Part shown: positions 1 through 13,788 of the stretch, piece after piece
Position numbering within the stretch: the first letter of the stretch is position 1
Layout: every line of letters begins with the position of its first letter
Assembly: GCA_964035545.1 (NCBI GenBank)
Contig: OZ037771.1
Span: forward strand, 11,412,480-11,476,479
Length of the DNA stretch: 64,000 nucleotides
Reading direction: 5' to 3'
DNA from: Bugula neritina
Lineage: Eukaryota > Animalia > Bryozoa
Translations under genes and position numbers: made by a program
The notes under the pieces: generated by a model
Seen by the model: the letters and a program-made list of their open reading frames with translations, nothing else
Told to the model about the DNA's origin: nothing
Databases searched by the model: none

Positions 1-360
1 AAGTTGTGTTTTTAAAGATTTCAACTTGAAAATCAAAAGGAAATGCATTAGAAATATCGTAGATCTTGGATCAAATTTTCACTGTTGTCGCCTTTAAATG
101 AAGGTCATGCCTATATATACACTACGTTTCCATTATGGCATTATATAGGAATTGATTTTTCATTCATTCATTCCATTCATTCGCATAATTCGCAGTCATG
201 TAAACGCAGTGCTACAGAAACTTATGAAACTTCCAGCTGCTATAAACATTAATTTATTGCAATTTCAGAGCTGCAGTTTTTGGTGCATCACTGAAGTAAG
301 AAATATATTCAATTGACTCGTAATTCTTTTAGAATAATAAGATATTTAACATTTTTCAGT

Positions 361-465
361 ATTATAAAATAATTCCTGCACTGGGATACGCACCGCAGAC
401 CTCCAGTTCACTAACCATAACACCACATGCGGGACTACTGCATGGGTAATCTTAACACTGCAAGT
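361..465 (-). mobile_element. Degenerate tRNA-derived element (SINE head or tRNA pseudogene), related to 54160-54270
   Basis: Shares ACTGGGAT..ACC..AGACCTC...CACT.ACCAT.ACACCACA...GGGACTACTG with the 54.2 kb copy; has an internal deletion. Confidence 0.5.
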
Positions 466-1728
466 AGGAAGAATTTTCGAGAAGTTTTTGTGAAGTTGGA
501 ACTTTAGTATATGGTCAGCGGAAGACTTGGGGAAAGACAGGGTTTAGATGTTTTTAAGTGTGCTATAAGATCTTCTACTATTCAAATTCTATAACTTCTA
601 CACCATTTGGACTGTGGACCATCTTGAGATGCAACTGTCAACACAAATAACTGAGCTGCCAATATTTGACAGCACAGGGCTAGTTGTAAGCAGCACACAT
701 GACACATCATCAGTAGCTAACTACTAGACGTGATGTCACCTGACCAACTAGGGTTTCAAGTCCCAAGGTCGATGTATGCAGGAAGTAGTCACATGTTTAG
801 TTTAGCGGTTAACAGTCATAAGATGTGGTTTATTAAAAGTCTTCTGGTCACGATTATTCAATAGTCTTTGAAACAATGACTCAATAGCAGTTGCCCATGC
901 TTCCTACTTCAACAAGACTAGGTTATTATTCGAAGACTTGAATTAGTCAAAATTTGGTTTGTATTGCATGATAAATTATTGAATGTGTATAGAAATTTGT
1001 TTTAAAGAGCTACTAAATTAAACATATTATATTTACCAAACCATAAATGTTAGGAGAATTTTAATAATTGTTTATAATTTCTTGATTTAGTTGTCAAGTT
1101 TATAGGCAGGCTGTTGCAGAAATATAATTTCCTTTATTCTTTAGATTTTACATTGTCATACAAATTATGAAAGTTGTTCTTTAAATGTAGATTTTTACTG
1201 TAGATGAAAAGACAGATGAGTTCTCACAGATGTACAGCCAAATAGCTGTTTTGCCATTCTAATTATAGTAAATTATAATAATTATACAAACAGCTGAGGC
1301 TGTATGATACATAGAGTCAGACAAGAAGCTTTAGAGGTCTAAAAATAGTTATTTATTTTATGACTAATATGTTTAGATTTACTACAAAATTCAAGGATCA
1401 AGGCAGTATTTATTTTGTTGTTGACCAATAACATTATTGTGTATAAGAAACTGGCAAAATATTACATAATATATACAGGGGCATCCACTGCACCAATAAA
1501 TAGTCTAAAGCTGTATATATGAATAAATAAGTCACTAATATTGTGTTGAAGAAAATGGTAATATAACATCTATATATAGCAAAGACTTGAAACCACATAT
1601 AAGTGAATTATATAAATAGTTCCTTCAAAATATTTTTGCTAAAATATTAAAAATAAATAAATAAAAAAACAAATGAATTTAGTTTAATTTGTTTATATTG
1701 TGATTGTATTGTGATTATATTATTACTG

Positions 1729-4700
1729 TTAGGTTGGTTTGTAACATTTACAGAGTCGTATCAATACTCTAGCACCAGTCTTGAAGTCATCATATGCTTT
1801 CCATTTACACTTCTGACTGTAATGTATTTCATATCCATCACAGTCGTTATTCCTCCCTTGAGCCAGAGCTCCATCCATCTGGGTGTACTGTCCACACCGG
1901 CATATTCTGGAAGATAAGAGTTTGTTATTAAATTATGTTTAAGTATTTTATTTCAACTAGAAACTGTCCACACTGGCGTATTCTGGAACAATAAAAACTG
2001 CCAAATAGTAAATTAAATAATGCAACCACATTAAGCTGTTGCTTTTACCATTTATGCATAATAATATGATACATGAAAAAATTACGTTTTTCAAGTACGA
2101 GTTAAATGCTTTGATAAATATTCCAAATTGTAATTACTAAGATAAGATCAGTATGGTTAGAAATGTCAAAATTGTAATTAATTGTCCATTTTATCTGCTG
2201 GGCAGATTACAAGTTTTGGCTCCCAAAATATATACATTAATTGGCTGAATTGTTAATGTATGACCTAATGGCAGGATGCATATATAAGATTGATTACCAT
2301 ATTTGGTGACTAACAGTCATTCTCTAATGACTTATTTTTGTGACTCATTTAGATTGTTTTGATATACAGCTGATTAATATAGGCAGCTATAATAATAATA
2401 TAGGAAGTTGATTGAAACAGGCTTAATGCTAGTTTTTAACTATAACATTCGTTATATATTTCCTTGAAATTAATGTTTTAATACGATTTATATAAACCGG
2501 AGAAGGAAAATTTTTTTTAGCTTTTTATATATAGCACCTTTTAAGACACATAATGTAGCTTGCTTTATGCCACAAAAGTTGTTTAATGCTAAAAAAGAAT
2601 GCAATCATTTATACAAAAAATATTATAAATAATTGTTTCTTCTAAAGCAATATAGAATTATGATATAATATTTACATCATACAAATTTATCATATCGACA
2701 CCTTTTTCATGCAAAGCTGAATTATCAGATATATTTAATTTTCAAGTTACCAGATGACTGAAATCAAAGTAATGTTTACTCAAGAGAATTTTTTTAAATT
2801 AAGTCATTTTTGAACAAAACTCGCTAAATAATGATTTTTAAATACAATCTATAGTTGCTTGTTACTTCTGATAGATAGATATTGTTTTTGTTTTCAATGC
2901 ATTTGTTCAAAACATTAATCCATGCATATGCATGTTGCATTTGTCTATATTAGATAAAAAAAATTTATTTGATAAAATCATTCAACAGTGATTTATTATT
3001 GATAACTCAAGGTGCTTCAAATAGCAATGCATAAACTATAAAAACTGGTTAAAAATATATTTTCAACTCTTCTTATGCATTTTTATACTCCGAAGATAAA
3101 ACGCTGCTATGCTGGAAAGCCAATAGTTTCAATAAATATATTTTTACGAAGTAACTCTTTTTTATATATCAAATGTATTTACCTGACAAGATGTTTCTGG
3201 TATATCTTGATGTACTGAACCTGTGATTCACACTGAGAGCTGTAGGGATTGTAGGTCCGCACATGCTGCTCCTTAACAGTTGACCCTGACCTACAATATA
3301 AGTGGCTCAGTTCTATTATAATAATTATAAATATGTACCCGTTGCACGCTCATGATTATTCAATAATAGATTATTAAATGAAATGTGTAACATAAATATG
3401 TATAGCTGTGTAAATATTCTCCATGAAATCATTTTTCTTACTAGTTATTCACTGTTTGAAAAGTAGTTGAAAATAAAATTTAAACTGAAACAATTTTACC
3501 GTAAAAGTCACAAGCTTTCAATTTATAAACAAAGTTTTAGTTACTTGTAACTTGAAATAAGATCAGCAACATTGTTTTGTTTTTATAAATCATTTTGTAA
3601 AGTACATTTGAAACTTTTAATATAGAATGCTGAACCAGGTTGTAGTAACTTTCAACGGCCTTTATAAGCTTGCTCAAAATTTTAATTGTTCCACCTAGAA
3701 ACTTTCCCAATTGCAAACAGAGAACCTTTGAGTATTTTCTAGTGCTGCCAATAAATAAACCTTTTACGAGCACACCATATCAATAAACAGCAATATCCTG
3801 TACTGCTTAATGAATAGCATGTGTACCTCGTTGGTTGTCTGCGATAAATGCACTGTTTACTTCCGTGATGCTCTATAGCCACCGGGTATTTGTTGGGATG
3901 GGACTGAGGCTGTGAGTCATCGCTATCTTCGGCCTCATCTGAGAGCTGTGACTCATCAGGGCCAGAGTAAGCTGGACCTTGAATAGCAGATGGATGAACA
4001 CTTGCAGACGCCGTACCTGCTGCAGACTACAAAACATGGATAGAGATCTTACTACTCAGTCCTAAATTCAGTTCACAGCTAGTGATGTGCATTTTTATGT
4101 AAATATATTAAGCTATATGCATAGAGTAGAGTAGATTCAGCGTTACTACATGTGTTGTGCAAGCATATAGTTTATATGTTCACAAGTTAGTAATACATTA
4201 AATATTTAATATTGGTATACTGTAGCCTATATGTTTTAGTAAAATATACAATACAGTAGGCTACTGCACAATTTGACCAACTACAGTGTTGTATTTTTTC
4301 CTAGACACACTTTGCCGCACTATAGGCCGCAACAGCAAAAACAAAATGGCACTGCTGTTACGTTTCGTCAACATGCGTTCACACACTGAACAAAATGTAT
4401 AACGCATCACGCTGGACTGTGACCAATCATTATTAAGCTAATTCTTTTTTTTGCAGTGACTCATATGTTTTTGGGTATTATTCACAAATTTGTCGCAACA
4501 TTCTTCTCTTAAGATGTGATGTAGATGTTACGGACTAGATAGTAACAATTAAAGACGAAAACTCTCTTTTAAATATATATTCCTAAAATAATTGTGGAAA
4601 CTAATTAGAAGAATAAATATTTAAGCCACCCATTTAATTTTTAGGTTTTAGGTTTGGTGTTTTTGTAATTAGTGAAATAAATATTTTTTGGAACTATGGA

Positions 4701-5494
4701 ACTGAGTAAATTAAATCAACAATAGCTACTAAAATAAACCAGCCGAAAAGATTCTTTACATTTTAGTACGATGTCAACTCATTGGGTATAGCTGTCCAAT
4801 AAGTAGACATAGATTTTGCCCAATCGCGGACTTTGAGAACGTCTCTCTGCCCAATAGGAGTCCGACGTGATTTTTTGAATCAAGCAGTGTTTGATCATCG
4901 CCGCAACGTAAACCGGGGTGCGATTCAGCCCGGATGTTAATAAAAATGGCTGAGATTTGTTGTTGCGGTGTACGATACGGCAAAGTGCGTCTAGGGGATA
5001 GAATGTATAATTCTACATATCATGATTAGCACAAATTGAACGATACAATAAGGCTACACCTTAGCTATGACTAAATACAGACTCTGTGGCATGTTTGCAA
5101 CCACTGAACTGAAACTATAAGTTATAGTTCAATGTTTGCAACTGTCCAATATCATTGAACACAAAGCACCATTTGCTTACATGTTTACTCATTAGAATAC
5201 AATGTAATGTATGAAATTTACCTGCCTGTCCGTATAATTGTGAGCTGTCTGAGTAAGGCTTCCATCTCTACTCTTTGGACTTTGAGATAAATATAACTTT
5301 GATTGGTTGAAAATAAAGTTTCTCGCACAGTTTGGGTTTGGTACAGTTGAGTAGTAATAGTCTTTGGAATCTCCACTGAATGAGCTACCCTGCCCTTCAT
5401 ATACGCTGACATCTGAATTCAATGGCATAGAGTTATACGATTTAGTCAATGCTCGACCCAGGCCCGAGGTACTTCCTGTTTGACTTGAATCCAT
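1729..5494 (-). CDS. Uncharacterised protein, tandem paralog 1 (252 aa) with C-terminal duplicated H-x4-C/C-x-C domain
   Basis: Exons 5494-5222, 4026-3827, 3290-3183, 1906-1729; all GT-AG and phase-consistent (0,2,2). Spliced C-terminus: HPNKYPVAIEHHGSKQCIYRRQPTRSGSTVKEQHVRTYNPYSSQCESQVQYIKIYQKHLVRICRCGQYTQMDGALAQGRNNDCDGYEIHYSQKCKWKAYDDFKTGARVLIRLCKCYKPT*. Same exon structure as paralogs 2 and 3. Confidence 0.88.
4300..4995. mobile_element. MITE-like non-autonomous DNA transposon in intron 1 of paralog 1
   Basis: ~40-bp imperfect terminal inverted repeats: CCTAGACACACTTTGCCGCACTATAGGCCGCAACAGCAAA vs rc of right end CCTAGACGCACTTTGCCGTATCGTACACCGCAACAACAAA; no coding capacity. Confidence 0.7.
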
Positions 5495-7042
5495 TTTAAC
5501 TCGCCCGCATGCATATACATGTATACGTGCTACTTTGAAGGTGTAGTGCAGTTGTGCAGTGCAATTGTATTCTTATTTAAATTGCTGAGAAGTGGTTGCA
5601 TCATCATGAGATAATACTGGACTTTGCCTGAACATGTACGCAACAAATTCCCAACCATTCAATATTGCTGCTACATGTTTTCATCATGTAGAGATCTAAC
5701 AATTACATCTACATTGTATATTTTCAGTCCAGGCTTGTTTCTTACATACTTATTAAACGTTTCTTATTGTCTATAATCTACATCTTTATAAAGTTTCCTA
5801 ACGTACACATATCTCAGCACTGTGATTTGTCAGCACTCCTGCAAGTCAGCAACAGCTCTCTAAGACAACTGGCAGCAGGTAAACATGACTTTCACAGGAT
5901 TTATTCAAGTTAATGGCTACCATAGAGTATAAAACCAAACTACGTTAAGATATGAAGCACAGTGTATTTGTTAAACACTAACTTACAGCACAAGGTAATT
6001 ATTGTACAATTCCAAACAAGTGAATCACAAACACTAATTAACACAACATGTTGAGTGTTTGTTATGTTTATGATGGGATATATGCTTTATATAAAGAATA
6101 CTGATTGTGTAATGAAACAGCATCATTGCATATTGTAGCACATGTATTAATGATATAACAATGATAACATATCTATGATCATTATCTAAGAATTAGAAAC
6201 TATTTGATGTTGGCAATAAAAAAGCAAAAGTTACAATTCTTATTATAAAATACAATAAAAGAAATCGCTTGTTGAAATGATTCGAAAGCCGCAGCAGGTA
6301 TAAAAATCACTAAAGTTTTAGTACATATTGCATGCTATACATAAAAGTTAGTAGCAATAGTAGCAATACTATATATAAAAATAAGTTTGTATTTAAGTGG
6401 TAATATATATATATAAAACTGAATATAGCTGTGATGTAAAATCATAATTATATCAAGTGAGTCACAGGTATGGCATATAAAGCAAAAATGCAATCAATAA
6501 GAAATATAATATTTTTGAAATGAAAATATAAATATTCTACAAGAGTGCACCATAGTCTTGGGATGTTATAGACACAAAATGAATGAATCAAATGCAGTCT
6601 ACAGTGAGATAGTAGTTAAATGTAGTAAAATAATATGTAGGTTGATAAAACATAAATACCCATTCCGAAACAAAATAAAATACTGCTCAACTCTAATAAA
6701 AGTTTGTCATGACGCATAAACTTATAATTGCATAGAAACTTATCAAATTGAAAAATGTTGATTGAGTTGTTGGCATGGTAACGGTATCTAGGAACTTTCT
6801 CAAAACTTATAAAAAAATAAAAGGTATATATTTCTATCTGTGTAGGTGTAGAAAACCTTTTCCAGTCAACTGGACACATCAAGAGAGTGTTTGGAGCCAC
6901 CCTTTTATCACAAAAATTAGCAAAGTTTACAGGCTATTGTATGAGGCAGAGCATTGGGGAAGACAAGTTTTTTCTAGAAAGACAGCTGTATAATATGCGG
7001 CTAAAAAATTGCATAAGAATTTGAAATTTGTGTATATTGCGA

Positions 7043-8932
7043 TTAGGTTGGTTTGTAACATTTACAGAGTCTTATCAATACTCTAGCACCAGTCTTAAAA
7101 TCATCATATGCTTTCCATTTACACTTCTGACTGTAATGTATTTCATATCCATCACAGTCGTTATTCCTCCCTTGAGCCAGAGCTCCATCCATCTGGGTGT
7201 ACTGTCCACACCGGCATATTCTGGAAGATATAAGTTTGTTATTAAATTACGTTCAAGTATTTTATTTCAACTAAAAGCTGTCAACGCTGACATATTCTGA
7301 AATATATATGTTCATCATTAGTATTTTAATGCAACTAGAAACGAAGTCAGTTAGCTGACTTGCTGATGGTTAGTATTGAGTGCTTATCAATTTCAGGTTT
7401 ATAGTCAAAGCAGGCTACGCCCAGACCAGGATGAAAGAAATTATCACAAAATTTGTAAAATCATAAGAATGACAATGCAGTATTTTGTGTTTGCACAGTG
7501 CTTTGTCAGAAGAAATGAAGGAGATGACGTGAAGGAGATGAGAATGCGTGACTAGTCAATAATTAATCACGAGCAAACCGTTTTAATCTTTTAATTTATT
7601 GATCCTCGGTCTGACCAATGAGAAAAGAGTGAAATTTCTTATATAAGCTTCGTTATGTAAGCAAAGAGTTTCCAATACTTCATACATGCAGGCGTTATAC
7701 AAAGTTCCAATTGACCTGATACAAGACGACAAAGTGTCATTTCACTGGCCAGCGGTGGAAATTCTACCCCATAATCATCATGAATATTATAAAAAGATAA
7801 ACCATTCAATTTTTTACTAGTGTTGAAATAGTACCGACCAATCACGACCCACAAAATTATAAAAAATAGTGAGATTTACACTGACTGCACCAGAATAGCA
7901 ATATCATTAAGCAACCATATTACATAGCATACAAATGTCACCCAGCTGTAAATGTTATGCAGACTTTTCTTATTGGTTGCTGCTAAATTACGAAATTACT
8001 CGCTGTTGTTTACTCCATTAACTATGCAATGTTTATAGCAATTTTTATGAATGCATGTAATCTGATTTAGAGGGCAACATGTATCCCTAGGCCATCAGGT
8101 TATCAGATAATTGTTGTTTTGACAGTTGTTATCAGTATAGTGTATAATGCAAGTGTAGTATACAATGAAGTGAACTCTGGCGCTGGTATGGAAATAAAAT
8201 TAATATGTTTATCAGCCATGAATGTTAATTGTAAAGACATGACATGGTTTGTGAATGAAGCAGCATGCTGCCTGCTACTGAAGACTTGTCTACTTGAATC
8301 CTGTTAACTACACCTACCTTTAGACTCCTAAGTGATTTAACATTTATTTTTCTAATGAATCATAGAATATACAATCCTTTAGATTACCACCCACCTTTAA
8401 ATGTTACCACCCACCTTTAAATGTTACTACCCACCCATGATGTTGTGGAGGTTTGCATTACAATGAGTCAGATTTTAATGGGCTTTTAATGGGCGTGTGT
8501 TAGTAATCAAGCAGGCCAAGGGGGTATTGCACTATAACGCCCCTTGATACCTTATGTGTGTAGTAAAAGTCTATAGTAAAACCTGACTAAGAGAGAGGGA
8601 GTTGCTACCAGTCTACACTCACCTCACCAAATCTTTCTGGTAATATTTGACGTGCTGAGTCTCACTACGACTTTGTGCTGCTAGTGGGTCATAGACTGTG
8701 TTCTTCATTTGCTTTACCTTCACCCCTGACCTAAGGACAAATACTGTATATATGAATATATTGATACTAACAACATTAAGGGATATACAGTCAGTCACTA
8801 AACCTTGATACTGGCTACTGGCTACTACCACTACAACTACCACTACCACTACCACTATCACTACCACTACCACTACCACTGCCACTACTACTACCGCTAC
8901 CGCTACCGCTACCGCTACCACTACTACTACTG

Positions 8933-8969
<37 letters not shown>

Positions 8970-10415
8970 CACTACCACTACTACTAGTACCACTGCCACT
9001 ATCACTACCACCACTATTATACCTTGTCGGTTGTCTTCTGTACATGCAGTTCTTGTTGCCGTGGTACTCAATTTCGACGGGAAATTTGTTGGGGTGTGTC
9101 AAATCATCCTCTTCGCTGTCACTATCTTCATAGTCCCCATCAGCATTGACATTGTTAGCAGCATTAGACCACACACTGTTCGTAGATGTCATTGGAGTCG
9201 AGATGGAGGCAGCTAACATCTGATTCGTCAAATCAGCAATTGTGGAGCTCTAAAATTATCAGGTATTTGTTTCTTTACCAACAAACACAGCCGAAAGTCT
9301 AGACACAAAGCAATGCACCAAGTTGTCTATACGCAGAGTCTATAAGAACTTTAAACTATCCTCTAAATGACCGAGTAGACAGCATGCAGGCAGTAAAACA
9401 AGCTGTTAGAATGATATATTTTAGCAGTCAAACAACAAAACCCTGTTAATCTCACAGTTAATCGTGGGTTCCTTTTAGCCTACTGGTTGGCAAATGGCGG
9501 ACTTTACGCAGTTTAACATATAGCTGGCAAAAAGGAGTTGCAAATCAAACAGCACTAAAAGATGACTACTAAACTTAGTAACTGAAAATTCAGTTTCACT
9601 AACAAAAAAAAGCTTTCTTATAATCAATACTAACAATCAAACTATTAGCAACACTTCACATTCAAACTGAATTGCAATAAATTTGTCTTCATACTCACAT
9701 TATTAGTAACAGCCGAAATGTCGCGTAGTGGAAAGCCTGGAGGAGGTATCAGAGGCCCTTCGTAGCCCCCTGTAGGGGGTGAGACCGGTGGTCGAATGTA
9801 TCTTACGTTGGATACGCTAGCAGGTGAACTACCACTGTTTGTGCCAGACGTTGTATAGACTGGCTGGTCAAACACCTGAAAGCCTGAGGACTGGTAATGT
9901 GATGGTGGATCGTGCTGCAACGACGGTTGACGGCCAAATCCAACTGGAAATCTTTGTGTTTTAGAAACTCCGCTATTGTGAAAGTAGCCTTGTAACTGTG
10001 GTCTTTGCTGTTTGTTGAAACCTCCTACACCGGCAGCTAAGGAGTGGTAGCTGTGCTGTCTCTGCAGGTGAGTCGGCTTCACCCAAGCCTGTGGTGGCCC
10101 TTCATTGCTGCCAAAGCTGTGCTGCCTCTGATTAAAGAGAGGGTCACTGGGAACTTGAAAGTCACGGCTATAGTTTTGAGGTAAGTGCTGATTATTCTTC
10201 GTAATTGCACGTCCCAAGGTTATGGCAACACTATTACTACTAATACTACCACCGACAACTGGGCTAGTAGTAGCAGTACTACTACTAGTACTAGTAGAGC
10301 AAATTGAAGAAGTAACTGAAGTTCTTACTGTGTTAGGTTGATGTTCTTCTAAAACTCTAGCCGATTCCTGATATACTGACGCCGGTGAATCATAATCAGC
10401 TTCAGTGCTTGTCAT
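7043..10415 (-). CDS. Uncharacterised protein, tandem paralog 2 (409 aa) with S/Q/P-rich N-terminus and the same Cys/His domain
   Basis: Exons 10415-9699, 9249-9023, 8730-8623, 7220-7043; GT-AG, phases 0,2,2. Contains HPNKFPVEIEYHGNKNCMYRRQPTR|SGVKVKQMKNTVYDPLAAQSRSETQHVKYYQKDLVR|ICRCGQY...LIRLCKCYKPT*. Confidence 0.9.
7335..7874 (-). mobile_element. Non-autonomous Helitron
   Basis: On - strand begins TCTCACTATTTTTTATAA after an A. Ends with hairpin AAGTCAG-CTAA-CTGACTT (7344-7361), 5 nt, then CTAG followed by T. This matches the Helitron 5'-TC / hairpin-CTRR-3' / A|T signature. Confidence 0.65.
8820..9015. repeat. Compound (CTA/CCA/CCG)n microsatellite just inside the exon-2 donor of paralog 2
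   Basis: ctaccactac/ctactacta runs; source of the poly-V, poly-Y/H and poly-SG ORFs. Confidence 0.95.
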
Positions 10416-10561
10416 TTCAACGATAATAACGCTCAATATAAAAGATTAAGTCTCTTACTAACGAACCTGTCGTTTCGAGCTCAAATTGAATGAATGAAAT
10501 GCTCCTAGCTTTCGCGTGTCTGTATTTATCTGTTAAAACCACGTGGGCTGGCTGAATCATT

Positions 10562-10571
10562 GGAAAATCCC
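10562..10571 (-). promoter_or_regulatory. NF-kB consensus site about 150 bp upstream of the paralog 2 ATG
   Basis: rc GGGATTTTCC fits GGGRNWYYCC; a second match GGGAATCCCC lies at 11477-11486; motif match only. Confidence 0.35.
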
Positions 10572-12440
10572 ATTAGTAATACAGACCTGCCATATTACTG
10601 TTTATCACAAATCGACCTCAATTTTTTAAATATATTTTTCAACATTAAAAAGTATAAATGAATTATAAACGCGTTGCTGTGTGAAAAGCATACTTAAGAA
10701 TGGTGTAAAATTTTTCAGTCATAAATATAACTTCACAGGTATATCTTAAATTTTGTAACCTGTTAAGTGTGCTACAAGATAATAAGTAGATCACACATCA
10801 TTGAGTTAACTAATGTGTAAGCTAAACATTTATTATTAGCGTATTTATTTTTCTTAGGTAACTTTTTCTACAATCTCTCAGAGTGAACTATCGTGATTAC
10901 AGTGGATATAGAAAAGCTATGAAAAAAAGATATTGATAACAAGTAAGATATTCTCAAGGCAGTCAAAGATTTTCTTTCAGCATTGCTGCACCAAACCGAC
11001 TTATTTTTAATTTGGTATAAGAACAGGTAAATTCTCCACACTCACACTTATTAAAACACTCACAACTGTTAGCAGTGGACACAATTGAATTTGCTTAAAT
11101 TGATACTGTATACATTTTTACAGTTAACGAATTTATCAAAAATAGTAACTATCAACTATCAAACAAAATAGAATTAATTAAAGTAAATAGTGAGTGAACA
11201 ATCAATTTCTATAATGTGTAATTTAGTTGAGTAACTAATCAATAAATTTTGTGAATGAAAACCTTGCGCGATTATGGAGTAAAGATACTTGACACATCTG
11301 TGCCCTAAGAAATAAACTAGGTCAAAAGTAACAATGATCAAGAGTAAACAAGCTGCATCCAGTATCTTCGCCTATATGTGAACTAAGAGTACGTGTCCTC
11401 ACTTTACACTATCAGTTATCACTCTGTTGATAATTGAGCCATTTTTCTTACTAAATGACCTTGAACTATCAGAATAGGGAATCCCCTGTTCACTTAGGAA
11501 GACAGGAACTTATTCTGATTGTGAAGGGGAAAATTATTATTAGTTATTATCAATTTAACAGGAAAGAAATTGAAAGGAAATAACTTTCAACACCTTTTTG
11601 ACAGTTAGAGATTTATTTTTCATTTCATATTTGTGTAATGCTTGTGCAATTCTTACATGTAGCTTTATTATTGAAGTTATAAAATATATGTCACTATGTG
11701 CTTGAAATGTAAAACAAATTATATAAATATTTTGCAACTGATTTCATAAGAAACTAAACATAAAATACTAAACTAATGTAGATTTTAAAGGTTTCAAATA
11801 AAATTCTACTTATTTATAAAAATTACAGACTTTCAACCTTCTAAAAAGTAAATTATTGGCTTTACTTACTTTTAAGATGATTCATATTTTATATGCAAAC
11901 AGATTTGTGACCTTATTTTTCAAAATGAATTGACTTGTGGGACATGCTATTTACTTGAATAGAAGTTTTCTAAAGCAAATTATTTAATCAATGAGTATTA
12001 GCTTTGAATTATTGAAAGTATTGATTCATAAACTGTGAGTATTCAAACTTTGGCTGATTGCACGCACTCTATATAAATACACTCATTTAGAGAAATTCAC
12101 AAATTACTATAATATAACTGTTTACTGTTTTGTCAGCTCATAACATGGTTGCCAAGTGCAACATAAGACCATTTCCAAATTTTCCATAGAATGAATCTTG
12201 TACCAGAGTACAGGACCTGGGGTCATGGACAATGTGACAGGAAAGTTTATTTCACATACAGAGATGTGGCTGCTATTTTAGCTAGAAAAGTGTCCCCACC
12301 AGTAGAGCTGTAAGATAACATACCTATATTACTACAGATCTAACCAAGCTGAATTACTGCTGCTTGTTCTACTTCAGAAAAAATGATGGTTTTCTTGAAA
12401 GTGTCTAGAAATACTGTTGAGCTCTCATAAATACATCACT

Positions 12441-12657
12441 TATGCCAATATAACTAGTGTATATTATATTATATATATTATATAAGATACAGTATAGTGA
12501 TGCCAATATAACTAGTGCATATTATATAATATATATAAGATACAGTATAGTGATGTCAATATAACTAGTGCATATTATATAATATATATAAGATACAGTA
12601 TAGTGATGTCAATATAACTAGTGCATATTATATATTATATATATAAGATACAGTACT
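12441..12657. repeat. Minisatellite, ~52-59 bp unit x4
   Basis: Repeated TG(C/T)CAATATAACTAGTG(T/C)ATATTATAT...ATAAGATACAGTATAGTGA. Confidence 0.9.
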
Positions 12658-13788
12658 GATGAAGTTTATTATAGGGTGTGTAATACAGATGCAATGCTTT
12701 GTTAGCTCTAAATATTGGGATTCCTGGCAAATCATAATATAAATACTTTAAAAAATGCTTGTCATCATTATCCAAGCAGCACATGATGATCATTCATAGA
12801 TTCACTTTCATTGTATTACCACATCTTTCACGTGATATTGAATATTTCATTGATATGCGCTGGGTGTAGCCTTCCCAATGATAATGTACCTGTATGCATA
12901 ATAATGCTTAATCTCCCGGATAAGAGCTATGATGGTGTAGATGCAGTAATAGAGAAATTGAGAAAAGCCTGCGTTCTAGACTAGAAATGTAGCATAAGAA
13001 GTTATGTTCTGGCAAGAATTTTAACCAGTACCCCAAACTAAAATTTAATTTGTAAAATATAGACCTTAGGCTATCTTAATTTCTCCCTTAATGAGAGCTA
13101 TGGAGGCCATCATATTCTGAGTTTGCAGAAAATTTTTAAAAATTGCAGAAATTATAAAAAAGTAGAGACAAATGGCTCATTTCTTGCATATATTACCCAC
13201 ACTTTCCTGATTGCTACTGTACTGTATCTAGCTAGGTCTGTGACAGGCCTTCATAATATAATATAATTGCATATTGGTTACAGCATTGACAGAAGTCCCT
13301 TATAATAACTGGTAAAATCTTGCATTAGCTTGTGATAGTAAACTTGTAAACTTTCAATGATAAGTTCTATAACATAGAAGGTGCAAAATATTGGTAAAAC
13401 AGGGCACTGCTTAATGAATCATAATAATATGTCATTCTTACACTGTAATCAGTTTACAACATGACTACGGCTAGCAGGTGATTGACTTCACTAAAAATAG
13501 CAGCAGCCGGTCAGTGACCTTGCCTAATTTGGTTATGGCTAGCCATTGAGGAAGTATTTGAAAGAAATGAGTGACTTTTTTGATAATTTATTCAAAATCA
13601 AAACACTGGAAGTTTTCACCAGATATCACACTGCAAATTTTACAGCATAGATGAGTCGGAAGCACTAATTTTGCGTTTGAGCACAAAAATTCCATTAGTT
13701 AGGAGCAGGGTTATTTTTTTTAATATACCTCTAGTGGATAGGCTTAAATTAGAAATTGCCATACAAAGTTAAGTATCAAAGCTCCACG

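Noticed and set aside
1-97. Possible transposon end (..CCTTTAA, Kolobok-like)
   Set aside because: The partner terminus would lie outside the window, so it cannot be supported
1711-1917. Near-identical + strand hydrophobic ORFs (also 7028-7300) resembling a duplicated small membrane protein
   Set aside because: They are antisense shadows of exon 4. The differences between copies are synonymous on the - strand, and the ORFs start at non-ATG codons
9085-9100. HPNK as a J-domain HPD motif
   Set aside because: It lacks the Asp and the helical J-domain context; it is preceded by a disordered acidic stretch
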